IMG/VR virus record: IMGVR_UViG_3300030372_004366
Coordinates: 1-24,919 of that record
Length of the DNA: 24,919 nucleotides
Source: a virus
Lineage: Duplodnaviria; Caudoviricetes
Direction: 5' to 3' (one strand)
In this document: in pieces, positions 8,476 to 16,714 of the stretch
How positions within the stretch are numbered: the stretch's first letter is position 1
Layout of the letters: the number at the start of each line of letters is the position of its first letter
Notes under the pieces: generated by a model
The model's database searches: none
What the model saw: only the letters and a program-made list of their open reading frames with translations
What the model was told of the DNA's origin: nothing
Translations under genes and position numbers: made by a program

Positions 8476-8954
8476 AATTTTGTTGTTACTCGTACATCTT
8501 GTTCGCAATAATGTTGCATCTCTTGTGACCAACTTTTCCAGTCAGTTGTTTTTCCAAATCCACCTTTGTATTCACCTAATCTGTGACCATATGCTTCTAA
8601 TGAATGCCTGCCATATAACTGCATAGGCATGTTTGGCCACTTATGTTTCTTGTCTATTTCAATAATATTCGGGTGAAATAAATGAGACAAAAGCAAAGTA
8701 TCCACGACATTGCCAGTAATCTTGAACCAGTTGTAGATGGAATTACAAACTCGTAAATCGTAATTGATAATGTTATGGCCAGCGATGCAATCTGCGTCAC
8801 ATAAGCGTTGTAACCCAGTATGAACGGGGTATTTATTATCTTTTTGGTTGTTGTAAGTTTCAAGATGATCCTCGTCAGTATCGTAAATAGATAAGCAGTG
8901 AATCTCATCAACGTCAGGTATAAGCCCGTTAGTTTCTATATCAAATACGAGCAC
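8436..8954 (-). CDS. DNA polymerase 3'-5' exonuclease domain (N-terminal part of split gene)
   Basis: GTG start; ExoI VFDIETNG, ExoII GHNIINYD, HSLEAYGHRLG, ExoIII YCEQDV; stops at TAG 8436-8438. Confidence 0.93.
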   Translation of the reverse strand: MLVFDIETNGLIPDVDEIHCLSIYDTDEDHLETYNNQKDNKYPVHTGLQRLCDADCIAGHNIINYDLRVCNSIYNWFKITGNVVDTLLLSHLFHPNIIEIDKKHKWPNMPMQLYGRHSLEAYGHRLGEYKGGFGKTTDWKSWSQEMQHYCEQDVRVTTKLCKHFHPYLTGAR

Positions 8955-9111
8955 CTTGCCCCCATCGATAAGTCTTATCTTTAAATTGTGCCTTCTCTAT
9001 ATCTTCTGATTTAGGCGGGTTAGGTTTTTTAGCAATGTGTTTATACCAAGGGTGTTCATAATTACCATTTTCAAAAATCGGTGGTATGCGGTATTTCGAA
9101 GGGTGATTCAT
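8941..9111 (-). CDS. Small hypothetical protein (56 aa) bridging primase-helicase and polymerase
   Basis: MNHPSKYRIPPIFENGNYEHPWYKHIAKKPNPPKSEDIEKAQFKDKTYRWGQGARI; GAGG just upstream of ATG; overlaps both neighbours. Below ORF-track cutoff. Confidence 0.65.
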   Translation of the reverse strand: MNHPSKYRIPPIFENGNYEHPWYKHIAKKPNPPKSEDIEKAQFKDKTYRWGQGARI

Positions 9112-10651
9112 TTTCCTCAAATCTTGATGTTGAAAGGTTATATGTAAGGTTTGCGGCTACACCTGTTTCGCCAGAATATCTATTCTTAAGGACTCGCAAA
9201 GTCGTAGTGCTTCCATCATTGTCGGTTTGTTGATTTCGCTCAAGTGCAATGAGGTTGTCGCTAATCTGAGATATCGCAGCAGATCCACGGAGTTGTCCGA
9301 GGGTAACTCTGGCTCCTTCTTCATGGTTCTTATCAGTTTGGGTTCTTCTTAAATGACTAACTAAAAAAAGATGTATTCCGGTTCGTTCTACTAGACCTCT
9401 AAGTTTGGTCATAGTTTGATCGATCATGCGACGTTCATCACCGTCAAGACCTGAGAGCAATATGGATAAATGGTCGAGGAATATAACACGACACTCCAAT
9501 CCACAGGCAAGGTACTCGATTCTTGAATAGATAAGATCCGGTTCGTAAGAGCCAAAGCCATCAAAAAGAAAGAGATTCCAATTAGCAATCGAATTGTTAT
9601 ATGCATTTTCTAAGTCCTTCCTTGTATGGTCGCCAATATGTAATGACTTACCTACCGCTGTGGACATCAGTCCAAGGGCTGTGCGTCTATTTGATTCTTC
9701 AAGAGCTAGGTAACCAACTCGTTCTCCATTTTCAAGTAGGTGTGTGGCAAGCTGTCTACAGTAGGACGATTTGCCAATCCCAGTCCCTGCTGTAATTGTT
9801 GTGAGCTCTCCGTATCGAATACCGTGTGTTTTATTTTGCAGCCCTTTAAATGGGTACTCATGGTCACATGGTTTTTCAGGTGTAGTAACTATCTCTAATA
9901 AATCTTTTCCCTCAACAATTCCGTCAGGTCTGTATGGTTTAGCATCCCATATAGCTCTTCTTATTGCGTCAGTATCATCAGCTTGTAACGCTTCACTAGC
10001 ATCTTTGTAATTTTCTAACCTTGCAATAGAAACTTTTCCTGGAGGTAGAATAGTTGCACACTGTTCAGCAGCAGCTCTGCCAGCTTCGTCATTATCAAAA
10101 AATAAGACTATTTCTTTATACCCTTGTAGTAACGGTATTTGTTTCTGTATATCTTTTTTGGCTCCAGCAGCTCCATGTGGTAACGAAACCATTGGCCAAT
10201 TTGGCATAGCTTCATAACAACTAGCAGCGTCTAGTTCACCTTCAGTAATGACAATACGTTTACCAGTAGTAGGGAATAAATGCTGACCAAATAAAGTGTC
10301 AGTGGAAATTCCTTCATAATAAAAATCCTTTTGCTTAGTCTTTACTTTTGCTCCCTGTAGAATTCCATCACTTGTGAAATAATAGAACCGTAAGAGTTCT
10401 CCGTCTCGGTAGATTTTGTAGTGCTCGTTGGTTCGGACGGATAATTTTCTTTTGCGTAACTCAACGGCGTAGCCTTGTATCTGAACATTGGTGGACATTT
10501 TGTGATTGTGAATAATTTCGCCATCGCCTTTAATATGCGTATGGCATACAAAACAATATTGGTGTCCGTCCGTGTAAATAGAATTAGCATCGGACGAACC
10601 ACAACTTGAGCAAGGTTCGTGACGTACGAACTCGCTTTCTATATGAGCCAT
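9071..10651 (-). CDS. DNA primase/helicase (T7 gp4-like)
   Basis: Zn finger CSSC...CFVC, TOPRIM ITEGELDA and FDNDEAG, Walker A AGTGIGKS, FLDHLS, LRGSAAI; likely start MAHIESEF at 10651. Confidence 0.97.
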   Translation of the reverse strand: MAHIESEFVRHEPCSSCGSSDANSIYTDGHQYCFVCHTHIKGDGEIIHNHKMSTNVQIQGYAVELRKRKLSVRTNEHYKIYRDGELLRFYYFTSDGILQGAKVKTKQKDFYYEGISTDTLFGQHLFPTTGKRIVITEGELDAASCYEAMPNWPMVSLPHGAAGAKKDIQKQIPLLQGYKEIVLFFDNDEAGRAAAEQCATILPPGKVSIARLENYKDASEALQADDTDAIRRAIWDAKPYRPDGIVEGKDLLEIVTTPEKPCDHEYPFKGLQNKTHGIRYGELTTITAGTGIGKSSYCRQLATHLLENGERVGYLALEESNRRTALGLMSTAVGKSLHIGDHTRKDLENAYNNSIANWNLFLFDGFGSYEPDLIYSRIEYLACGLECRVIFLDHLSILLSGLDGDERRMIDQTMTKLRGLVERTGIHLFLVSHLRRTQTDKNHEEGARVTLGQLRGSAAISQISDNLIALERNQQTDNDGSTTTLRVLKNRYSGETGVAANLTYNLSTSRFEENESPFEIPHTTDF

Positions 10652-10998
10652 TCGAGTGGTATATCGTGAAAAGACGTCCACGGTATTCCGTGGCGGTCAC
10701 ACCACTTTGCGTATGTTGTTTTAGATTTTTTATTAATTTTGTTATAGGGAGATTGGAAGACCATGCGTATGTCAAGGTCTTCATTTTGTTCTTTAACTGT
10801 TTTCATTTTACGTCTGTCCGACGGATCCCAATAACCTTTAGTTTCTAAAATAACCCCATTAGGCAAGCAAAAGTCAGGTGTGTAAATGTGTTGGATTTGG
10901 TAACCAACTTTAACTGTTTCATATTCATAGCTAATACCTAAATTTTTTAATAACTCTCCGACTCTTTCTTCTAATCCTGAGCGAAACTTAGAAGTCAT
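10639..10998 (-). CDS. Endonuclease I / Holliday junction resolvase (T7 gp3-like)
   Basis: FRSGLEE, YTPDF, ETKGYW, LDIRMVFQ, TTYAKWC motifs. Confidence 0.96.
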   Translation of the reverse strand: MTSKFRSGLEERVGELLKNLGISYEYETVKVGYQIQHIYTPDFCLPNGVILETKGYWDPSDRRKMKTVKEQNEDLDIRMVFQSPYNKINKKSKTTYAKWCDRHGIPWTSFHDIPLEWLI

Positions 10999-11572
10999 CA
11001 GACTCTTCTACTGAACTAGGTGCTAGATCATGTTTAAATTGTGGGTTTGGCTCATCGATTTTGTACCCTGCTGTTTTACCAAACAACTCCGCTACTGCTG
11101 TTTCATCTAAATCACCTGAGTCAACACCAGCTTCACCTTTAGTTGAGACAATCTGTACACCAGATAATTTTAAAGATGTACCATATGTAGTTTGATCCTT
11201 AAGTATGTATGGTTTCTGTATAAAGCCAAGCTTTACTAAAGACCCAGAATAAACAGGTATGTTTGGATCCGTAATTGGAGTGCCTTCAGTATCTACAATG
11301 GGAGGTTTCTTATCTTCTTTCCAACTAAACTTTAATAAATATTGTCCTTCGTTTACCTCTTCCCAAGGCTCAGGTTTTTGCACGGATCTCTTAGGATTCT
11401 TAACTTTAGATAGACACCACTTAAGGCAATCTTCTCTTTCCTCTTCTAGTTTATCTACCAGCTCTTGATCTACTAAAGCTTTAAGACTGTAGCCGAACTT
11501 ACTCGGTCTTAATACAGCTTGATAGCCTTCTAATCTAACTGGCTCTTGTGTGGTGTGGATGGTACGTGTCAT
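10988..11572 (-). CDS. ssb: Single-stranded DNA-binding protein (T7 gp2.5-like)
   Basis: PPIVD...VYSGS...GTSLKLSGVQIV and acidic tail ending in Phe (EESDDF); between RNAP and endonuclease. Confidence 0.92.
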   Translation of the reverse strand: MTRTIHTTQEPVRLEGYQAVLRPSKFGYSLKALVDQELVDKLEEEREDCLKWCLSKVKNPKRSVQKPEPWEEVNEGQYLLKFSWKEDKKPPIVDTEGTPITDPNIPVYSGSLVKLGFIQKPYILKDQTTYGTSLKLSGVQIVSTKGEAGVDSGDLDETAVAELFGKTAGYKIDEPNPQFKHDLAPSSVEESDDF

Positions 11573-13912
11573 TTAACAAAAAAAGTAGGTTGATTCAATT
11601 ACGGATTCCGGTTCAAGGTCTCCTATAATCGGTGGTTCTGATTCAGCTCCAATAGCGTCCTTGAAATCTTGTAGGTAGTCATGCTCTGCAAATAAATGCA
11701 TGTATGTTTCTCTTACAAGCTCAGACAATTTGGACATATCTGTTGCTCGACATAAAACTGAGTCGTGTATTAATGCAATCGGGTTATCAAACTGCAACGT
11801 TGATAGACATAAAAGAGATGCGTCTAAAGAGTGAATTAAGTTAGGTGCTGTAGCAGCCTTGTGACGTGATAAGTCAACTTTATTAGAATCTTTACTAGAC
11901 ACTTTTAATTTTGTTCTTCCTAGTAATTGAAGCTCAATAGATACGGTGTCTTTTTTCATAAGCTTTTGAGTAACACGAAAGCCTGATGGTGTAGTCCACT
12001 CAATACTTTCAGCTCCCTTTTTAATAGCTTTACTAATCTCTTTCTCTATCCACTCCATAACCCTCATAGCCCCAGGAACTACTTGATACATAGCGTCCCT
12101 GACAGCTTTAACTGTTTGAGTTAGGTCTTCTTTCTCTATTTCTATTTCTTTATCCTTTAAAGCTTCCCTTATGTATGACCTATTACTAAAAGGTTTAGCG
12201 TTGTAAGGGATAGTCATAACAGTACGTTTCGTACATTTCCTATCCCAAACAGGATGAAGTATTTCTGGAATATTTGGCTTGCTTTTCTCAGCTATAACTT
12301 GATATGCATCTTGAGGTTTATCTGAATTTATAACGTTAACTAATTTAGCTGTGCTTTTATCCCTGGCTAATCCAGCCAGGATTTGAAGCCCTGAACAGGT
12401 CGCATCAGTCGCAACCATGAGACCTGTTGTTGTACGAGAATGCACAATGGCGACATAATAATATTCCTCACATGCAGCTAGAAATTGCCAAGGTTCTTCA
12501 GCAACTTCCCACTCAGATATATTTCCAATAGGATCTGTTGCAACTCTAGTTATTAAATCAATATTGTTATCAGTCCAGTTCAATCTATTTCTTAAAGTAT
12601 CTTTATCTAGACCATATGTAGTAGCAACTTGAAACTTTAACCAGTCAATTCCTTCCTTAGTTATTTTTGATTCTTTATAAAATCTAAGTAAACTCTTACC
12701 CCAATCTGTATCTTGAGGAGTAAGGAAGGCGGGTATCGGATAACACCGACCCCGATAATCAAACGACCAAGGTATATAAAACTTCTCTTTATTCTTAAAG
12801 CGTTCTATTGTTTCCATCGTCATTCTAGTCCGACAAGATCTTTTAAACTCTTGTGCGTTCTTGTTATTTTGTTCAGCAGCTCTTCGGTTATAGTCTTTTC
12901 TACTTACTTTATTTGTAGCTATATCAACTGGTTTCGGTGGTAATTCGTGATTGTGAATAGGGAGAAACTTACCAACCGATATTTGTCTTTCTTCTAATTC
13001 CTTCGCAACCCTTACTATGAAAGGGTTTAGGCGATAGGCGACCTTCTGTATCTTATTGATAAATTGCAGAGGTTTTTCTCCCTGTATTGATGTGGGGTTG
13101 CCCCTCCTCACTAGGTTGTGACCCCTCATCACCTCATTCAATATGTATCCTCCCTCTCTTTCATTTGTCCAATCGTTTGGTTCAATCAACATTGGCCAAG
13201 CTAACGGGCTAAATAACTCAGCATTTGCCATTACCTGATCTTTAATTTGCAAGAATTCTGGCGAAGGAATTATGTAGTTGCACCGCTTGCGACCCTGTTG
13301 AACCATACTTTTACTAAACCAACCGCTGATACGCAGCAAACAATCTAATAACCAACCGCCTAATTTAACTCTGTTAACGCTACTCCAAGCTATCCAATGA
13401 TCTACATCATATCTTTTCATAAGGGTTTTAATAACCTTTACTTTTTGATTAGTGCCTGATGATGAGTGCCAATAATTATCTTTTAAGACCTTTAATAAGG
13501 CTGGGTATTTTGTTTCATAATATCTCATTTGACATTCGTTCTCGACTGCCTTACCAATCGAATCACATATATGTACGAGCGTATTGGAATTATCTTTTGT
13601 ACTAAATACTTTATCGATTGTTATTTTGCATGTAATAGCGGCGGCGGCTAAAGGTTCTAAATCTGCTAGGTAAGTAGCAATTAATTTAAAATCTCTGCCA
13701 TTTTGCCTTTCATGAATTCGTGTATTTGTATCTTCAATTCTTTCAACTAATAAAGGTAATAAGGCATCGATTGTTGATATTCCATATATAGACGCAGAAG
13801 CATATTCTTTATTCTCTAGATTTTTAGTATTATCTCTTAGTCTCTTTAATCCACACCTAATGGCATCTCTTTCTAGTTCAATTTGCTCGTCAATTTCAAC
13901 AGTTGTTGGCAT
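11573..13912 (-). CDS. Single-subunit phage RNA polymerase (T7 gp1-like)
   Basis: DYRGRCY, DATCSGLQ, RKCTKRTVMTIPY, APNLIHSLDA, IHDS; likely start MPTTVEIDEQ at 13912. Confidence 0.98.
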   Translation of the reverse strand: MPTTVEIDEQIELERDAIRCGLKRLRDNTKNLENKEYASASIYGISTIDALLPLLVERIEDTNTRIHERQNGRDFKLIATYLADLEPLAAAAITCKITIDKVFSTKDNSNTLVHICDSIGKAVENECQMRYYETKYPALLKVLKDNYWHSSSGTNQKVKVIKTLMKRYDVDHWIAWSSVNRVKLGGWLLDCLLRISGWFSKSMVQQGRKRCNYIIPSPEFLQIKDQVMANAELFSPLAWPMLIEPNDWTNEREGGYILNEVMRGHNLVRRGNPTSIQGEKPLQFINKIQKVAYRLNPFIVRVAKELEERQISVGKFLPIHNHELPPKPVDIATNKVSRKDYNRRAAEQNNKNAQEFKRSCRTRMTMETIERFKNKEKFYIPWSFDYRGRCYPIPAFLTPQDTDWGKSLLRFYKESKITKEGIDWLKFQVATTYGLDKDTLRNRLNWTDNNIDLITRVATDPIGNISEWEVAEEPWQFLAACEEYYYVAIVHSRTTTGLMVATDATCSGLQILAGLARDKSTAKLVNVINSDKPQDAYQVIAEKSKPNIPEILHPVWDRKCTKRTVMTIPYNAKPFSNRSYIREALKDKEIEIEKEDLTQTVKAVRDAMYQVVPGAMRVMEWIEKEISKAIKKGAESIEWTTPSGFRVTQKLMKKDTVSIELQLLGRTKLKVSSKDSNKVDLSRHKAATAPNLIHSLDASLLCLSTLQFDNPIALIHDSVLCRATDMSKLSELVRETYMHLFAEHDYLQDFKDAIGAESEPPIIGDLEPESVIESTYFFC

Positions 13913-13979
13913 GTTTCGACCTTGATAAATGTGCAGCGAATTTCTTGCAACGAAAGTACATTCGTGTACAACGAGAGTA

Positions 13980-14009
13980 TAAAAGAAAGGCGGAGGTATA
14001 TCCCCCGCC
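13980..14009 (-). terminator. Intrinsic terminator between attP and RNAP gene
   Basis: Minus strand GGCGGGGG-ATATA-CCTCCGCC followed by TTTCTTTT. Confidence 0.75.
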
Positions 14010-14038
14010 ATGTGCACCAGTGTAAGTTAGTCTAGCCA

Positions 14039-14079
14039 GAATTATGAGTTCGCTGCATTCACCAGATTGCTACACCCCC
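14039..14079 (-). other. Putative attP core: 5' half of a CAT-anticodon tRNA (Ile2 or Met)
   Basis: Minus strand GGGGGTG TA GCAATCTGGTGAATGC A GCGAA CTCATAA TTC gives acceptor 5' strand, D arm, anticodon arm, then breaks off; ~130 nt downstream of the integrase. Confidence 0.85.
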
Positions 14080-14206
14080 CAGTGTTACCAATGGATCTCG
14101 GCGATTTTAGAAACTTGTTTTTCGCAATTGCCTTTAAGTCCATGATAATGTCTTGGATTTAGAAATACTGCGAACGCAGCGAAATGAACACTTTCTGTTA
14201 ACTTTG

Positions 14207-15160
14207 TTACACTGGCTGTAACTGGGCGTTAGTAGTTTGTACCCATGAGTTTACTGCGTTTTCTGCAGCTTGGTGAGCTTTAGCGAGAGCTTGTAATGCA
14301 TCGCGTTTAGCTTTGTTTGTTGCTCGTGCGTATCTTTGAGTAACTTTAATATCTGAATGATTACATATATCTCTTACAACCTCAAGTGGTACGTTTTGTT
14401 CAATTAAGGTTGTGCAAAATGTATGCCTTAAATATTTTAAGGGATAATTAAAGTCAGGTAATGCATAAGCAGCAACTTTGCTAAATGCTCGGGTAAGCAT
14501 ATAATAACTGCCCCAATCATCAGCAAATAGATAAGCATCATTTGGCTTATTAAGTGACCTTTTCATTAAGATCTTTTTAACTGGAGAGTTATCAATAATA
14601 GGGACAGTAATTGCCCTCTTATTTTTATTCTGCCAGTCTTTACGACCGCCAATACGCAAGTTGTGATTGTGAAGATCGATGTCTTTTACTTTAAGTTTGA
14701 GAAGTTCTGTAACTCTCATCCCTGTCCATGCGTAGGTGAGGATTGCATCAGCTAAATTCTGATTGTTGAAATCATTCAAGGCAGAATTAGCCAGGATGTG
14801 CACCTGTTCAGCGGTGTAAACAATTACTTGAGTTTCTCCAACTGGTAAACTCAATTCCCTAAACGAAGGGATACGTATGTCAATGACGCCACAACGATCA
14901 CAGTAGTTAAGAACTGTACGTATGGCACCGATTGCCATATTGATAGTACCGTTTTGTAATTCCGTATCCTTATCTAAATAAGTGACGATCTTTTCTAAGA
15001 TAGGTCGATCTAATTTAGATACGGGAAAGGTGGTACCAATGCAGTCATAAACATGTGCCAGATTTTGTTGTTGTCGTTTACCGACTTCACCATGAATCCA
15101 GGCATGCTTATTCCTGAGCGTGTAGTTAACACACTCTTTAAGGGTTTTAAGCTTTTTCAT
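14207..15160 (-). CDS. int: Tyrosine recombinase / integrase
   Basis: TGMRVTEL (catalytic R), NKNKR (K), KYLRHTF, NHSDIKVTQRY (H and catalytic Y). Confidence 0.95.
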   Translation of the reverse strand: MKKLKTLKECVNYTLRNKHAWIHGEVGKRQQQNLAHVYDCIGTTFPVSKLDRPILEKIVTYLDKDTELQNGTINMAIGAIRTVLNYCDRCGVIDIRIPSFRELSLPVGETQVIVYTAEQVHILANSALNDFNNQNLADAILTYAWTGMRVTELLKLKVKDIDLHNHNLRIGGRKDWQNKNKRAITVPIIDNSPVKKILMKRSLNKPNDAYLFADDWGSYYMLTRAFSKVAAYALPDFNYPLKYLRHTFCTTLIEQNVPLEVVRDICNHSDIKVTQRYARATNKAKRDALQALAKAHQAAENAVNSWVQTTNAQLQPV

Positions 15161-15536
15161 TAAGGATGGCTTTAATGTTTTTAACTAGCGTCGAACCTTC
15201 TCTAGTGAGTTTAAGTTGAACGCGGCGGGGATTAACCGAGTTGTCGACCTCCTTGATAATTAGGTTGAGTCCTTTCTTACGACTGGTACCTAAACGCTCG
15301 AGTCGATGTACCTTTGCTAAGGCATCTGTATTGCGGCTAGCAGCGGCTGTAGATAGACCAAGACCTGTGTCTTTATCTTCTAGTGCTTGCTTGTGACAAT
15401 TCTCGTGTGCGGCAATGTACAAGAAGGTTGAGACTAATTGAGTCGGGATGTCCTTGTCATATACCCTGAACAAATCCAGGATGCGACAAAGTTTGTCAAT
15501 CTTTAGGTCTGTCAGGTTGTTTCTGATCGGATCCAT
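15147..15536 (-). CDS. MarR-like winged-helix DNA-binding protein
   Basis: LSTAAASRNTDAL helix and NPRRVQLKLTREG wing; directly upstream of int as in related cyanopodoviruses. Confidence 0.85.
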   Translation of the reverse strand: MDPIRNNLTDLKIDKLCRILDLFRVYDKDIPTQLVSTFLYIAAHENCHKQALEDKDTGLGLSTAAASRNTDALAKVHRLERLGTSRKKGLNLIIKEVDNSVNPRRVQLKLTREGSTLVKNIKAILNEKA

Positions 15537-15651
15537 TTTCGTAGTTGGGACATTGGTATTCTATACGTAAATTACCAAGGTGTATATTGAGTTCACAATA
15601 TTTTGCATCGTCCACGCCCATGTAAAACGTGCCGGCAGAAATTAATTGCAT
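15496..15651 (-). CDS. Hypothetical protein (51 aa)
   Basis: Likely start MQLISAGTFYMG at 15651 within the 92-aa track ORF; the longer start overlaps the RHH gene. Confidence 0.65.
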   Translation of the reverse strand: MQLISAGTFYMGVDDAKYCELNIHLGNLRIEYQCPNYENGSDQKQPDRPKD

Positions 15652-15724
15652 AAAGATTAATAAGTTGGTGGTAATGTAATGGGAAATGATTATCGATTTA
15701 GGAAATGTAAAATGTATAACCATT

Positions 15725-15868
15725 TCAAATGTTTTTGTGTTTCTCCTGTAAATATGTTTTACATGTTGAAACAATTAAATCATTTAAGGTTAAATCCTCT
15801 GATATAGCTGCAATCTTTAGTTTTTTATGTAGCCAATCTTCGAAATTGACTGTCACTCTTTTTGTCAT
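15725..15868 (-). CDS. Ribbon-helix-helix DNA-binding protein (47 aa, CopG/ParG/Arc-like)
   Basis: MTKRVTVNFEDWLHKKLKIAAISEDLTLNDLIVSTCKTYLQEKHKNI: alternating beta strand KRVTVNF, helix LHKKLKIAA, turn, helix TLNDLI. Not in ORF track. Confidence 0.8.
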   Translation of the reverse strand: MTKRVTVNFEDWLHKKLKIAAISEDLTLNDLIVSTCKTYLQEKHKNI

Positions 15869-15992
15869 TTATAATATAATTGTCATCCCTTAATTGTGCC
15901 CTAATAAGTGATAACAACTCCTGTTTGTTAGGGTTTGTATTAATAGATAGTAACGTACGATACACGAGTGCGTGGGTTGTTGATTGTTTCAT
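15825..15992 (-). CDS. Hypothetical protein (55 aa)
   Basis: MKQSTTHALVYRTLLSINTNPNKQELLSLIRAQLRDDNYIINDKKSDSQFRRLAT; ATGA-coupled to upstream ORF. Confidence 0.65.
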   Translation of the reverse strand: MKQSTTHALVYRTLLSINTNPNKQELLSLIRAQLRDDNYIINDKKSDSQFRRLAT

Positions 15993-16288
15993 TCGATGAT
16001 ACGGGGGCTGAGGTGGTTGACTGCCTTTTCATTGGCGATCGTGATTTCTAAATGATCTTCTTGCATTAGTTTTCTTAATCTTTTCCTGGCTGCTGTGCCT
16101 TGTCTATATACGTACTCTTTTACTTTGTGAGTCTCAGTGTCGTAAGTTCTAATGATGCAAGAAACCTTTCTAGGTAATTCCCAATTCATTATTTTCCATT
16201 CGTAAAATTCATCAAAACCTATGTCTTCAAATTGACTTGAATCTAATTTGTTATAAAGGTGCCAGTTATTTGGATAGTATTTTTTCAT
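15989..16288 (-). CDS. Conserved cyanopodovirus early protein (99 aa)
   Basis: KYYPNNW...FDEFYEWK...WELP...KVKEYVY; coupled to both neighbours. Confidence 0.8.
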   Translation of the reverse strand: MKKYYPNNWHLYNKLDSSQFEDIGFDEFYEWKIMNWELPRKVSCIIRTYDTETHKVKEYVYRQGTAARKRLRKLMQEDHLEITIANEKAVNHLSPRIIE

Positions 16289-16452
16289 AATGGGAATACG
16301 TCTACTAATTTTGCATTTAACAAGTCGGCTAAATCTTTAGCCTTATACGCTGCATCTATGTCATCATCGGCAAGGACATATAGCTCACCTTTAGGTGAAA
16401 TCTTTATATGAAAAGATTGGCTGGGCTGATCCCAGTGATGATTGTGAAGCAT
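16285..16452 (-). CDS. Hypothetical protein (55 aa)
   Basis: MLHNHHWDQPSQSFHIKISPKGELYVLADDDIDAAYKAKDLADLLNAKLVDVFPL; ATGA overlap with next gene; fills gap. Confidence 0.7.
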   Translation of the reverse strand: MLHNHHWDQPSQSFHIKISPKGELYVLADDDIDAAYKAKDLADLLNAKLVDVFPL

Positions 16453-16474
16453 TAGTTTTTAGCGTTGGGTAAGT

Positions 16475-16714
16475 TTACGGATTAATTGTTTTGTTCTTTT
16501 CTTTGACTGTCTTATCGCTTGTGGGTTTTTTCGTCCTTTGTCTTTCCGCCGGTCGTCCCCTTGTGCGTGCTTTAGTATTCTTATACTGTCCATGTTTTAC
16601 TTTGTTTAAGAGTTCCTTATATTGTTCTGTCCATTCATGTTCTGGAAAATGATATAACCAGCACGAGATAGCATTCTCTAGTAGCCATTCATCGGACTTG
16701 TCTTGATCGGACAT
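16475..16714 (-). CDS. Hypothetical protein with basic tail
   Basis: MSDQDKSDEWLLENAISCWLYHFPEH...; start 16714 or 16723. Confidence 0.65.
   Translation of the reverse strand: MSDQDKSDEWLLENAISCWLYHFPEHEWTEQYKELLNKVKHGQYKNTKARTRGRPAERQRTKKPTSDKTVKEKNKTINP

Noticed and set aside
7213-8954. Polymerase pseudogene or intron/intein insertion
   Set aside because: All catalytic motifs are intact, the frames overlap with no inserted sequence, and the gene is essential; a sequencing indel cannot be excluded without reads.
13913-14017. 35-aa N-terminal extension of RNAP in the ORF track
   Set aside because: Overlaps the terminator hairpin; MPTTVEIDEQ matches the expected start. Track extensions of exonuclease, primase, nrdB and several early genes were trimmed on similar grounds.
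14030-14085. Complete phage tRNA gene
   Set aside because: Sequence diverges three bases after the anticodon loop; no T arm or 3' acceptor strand follows.
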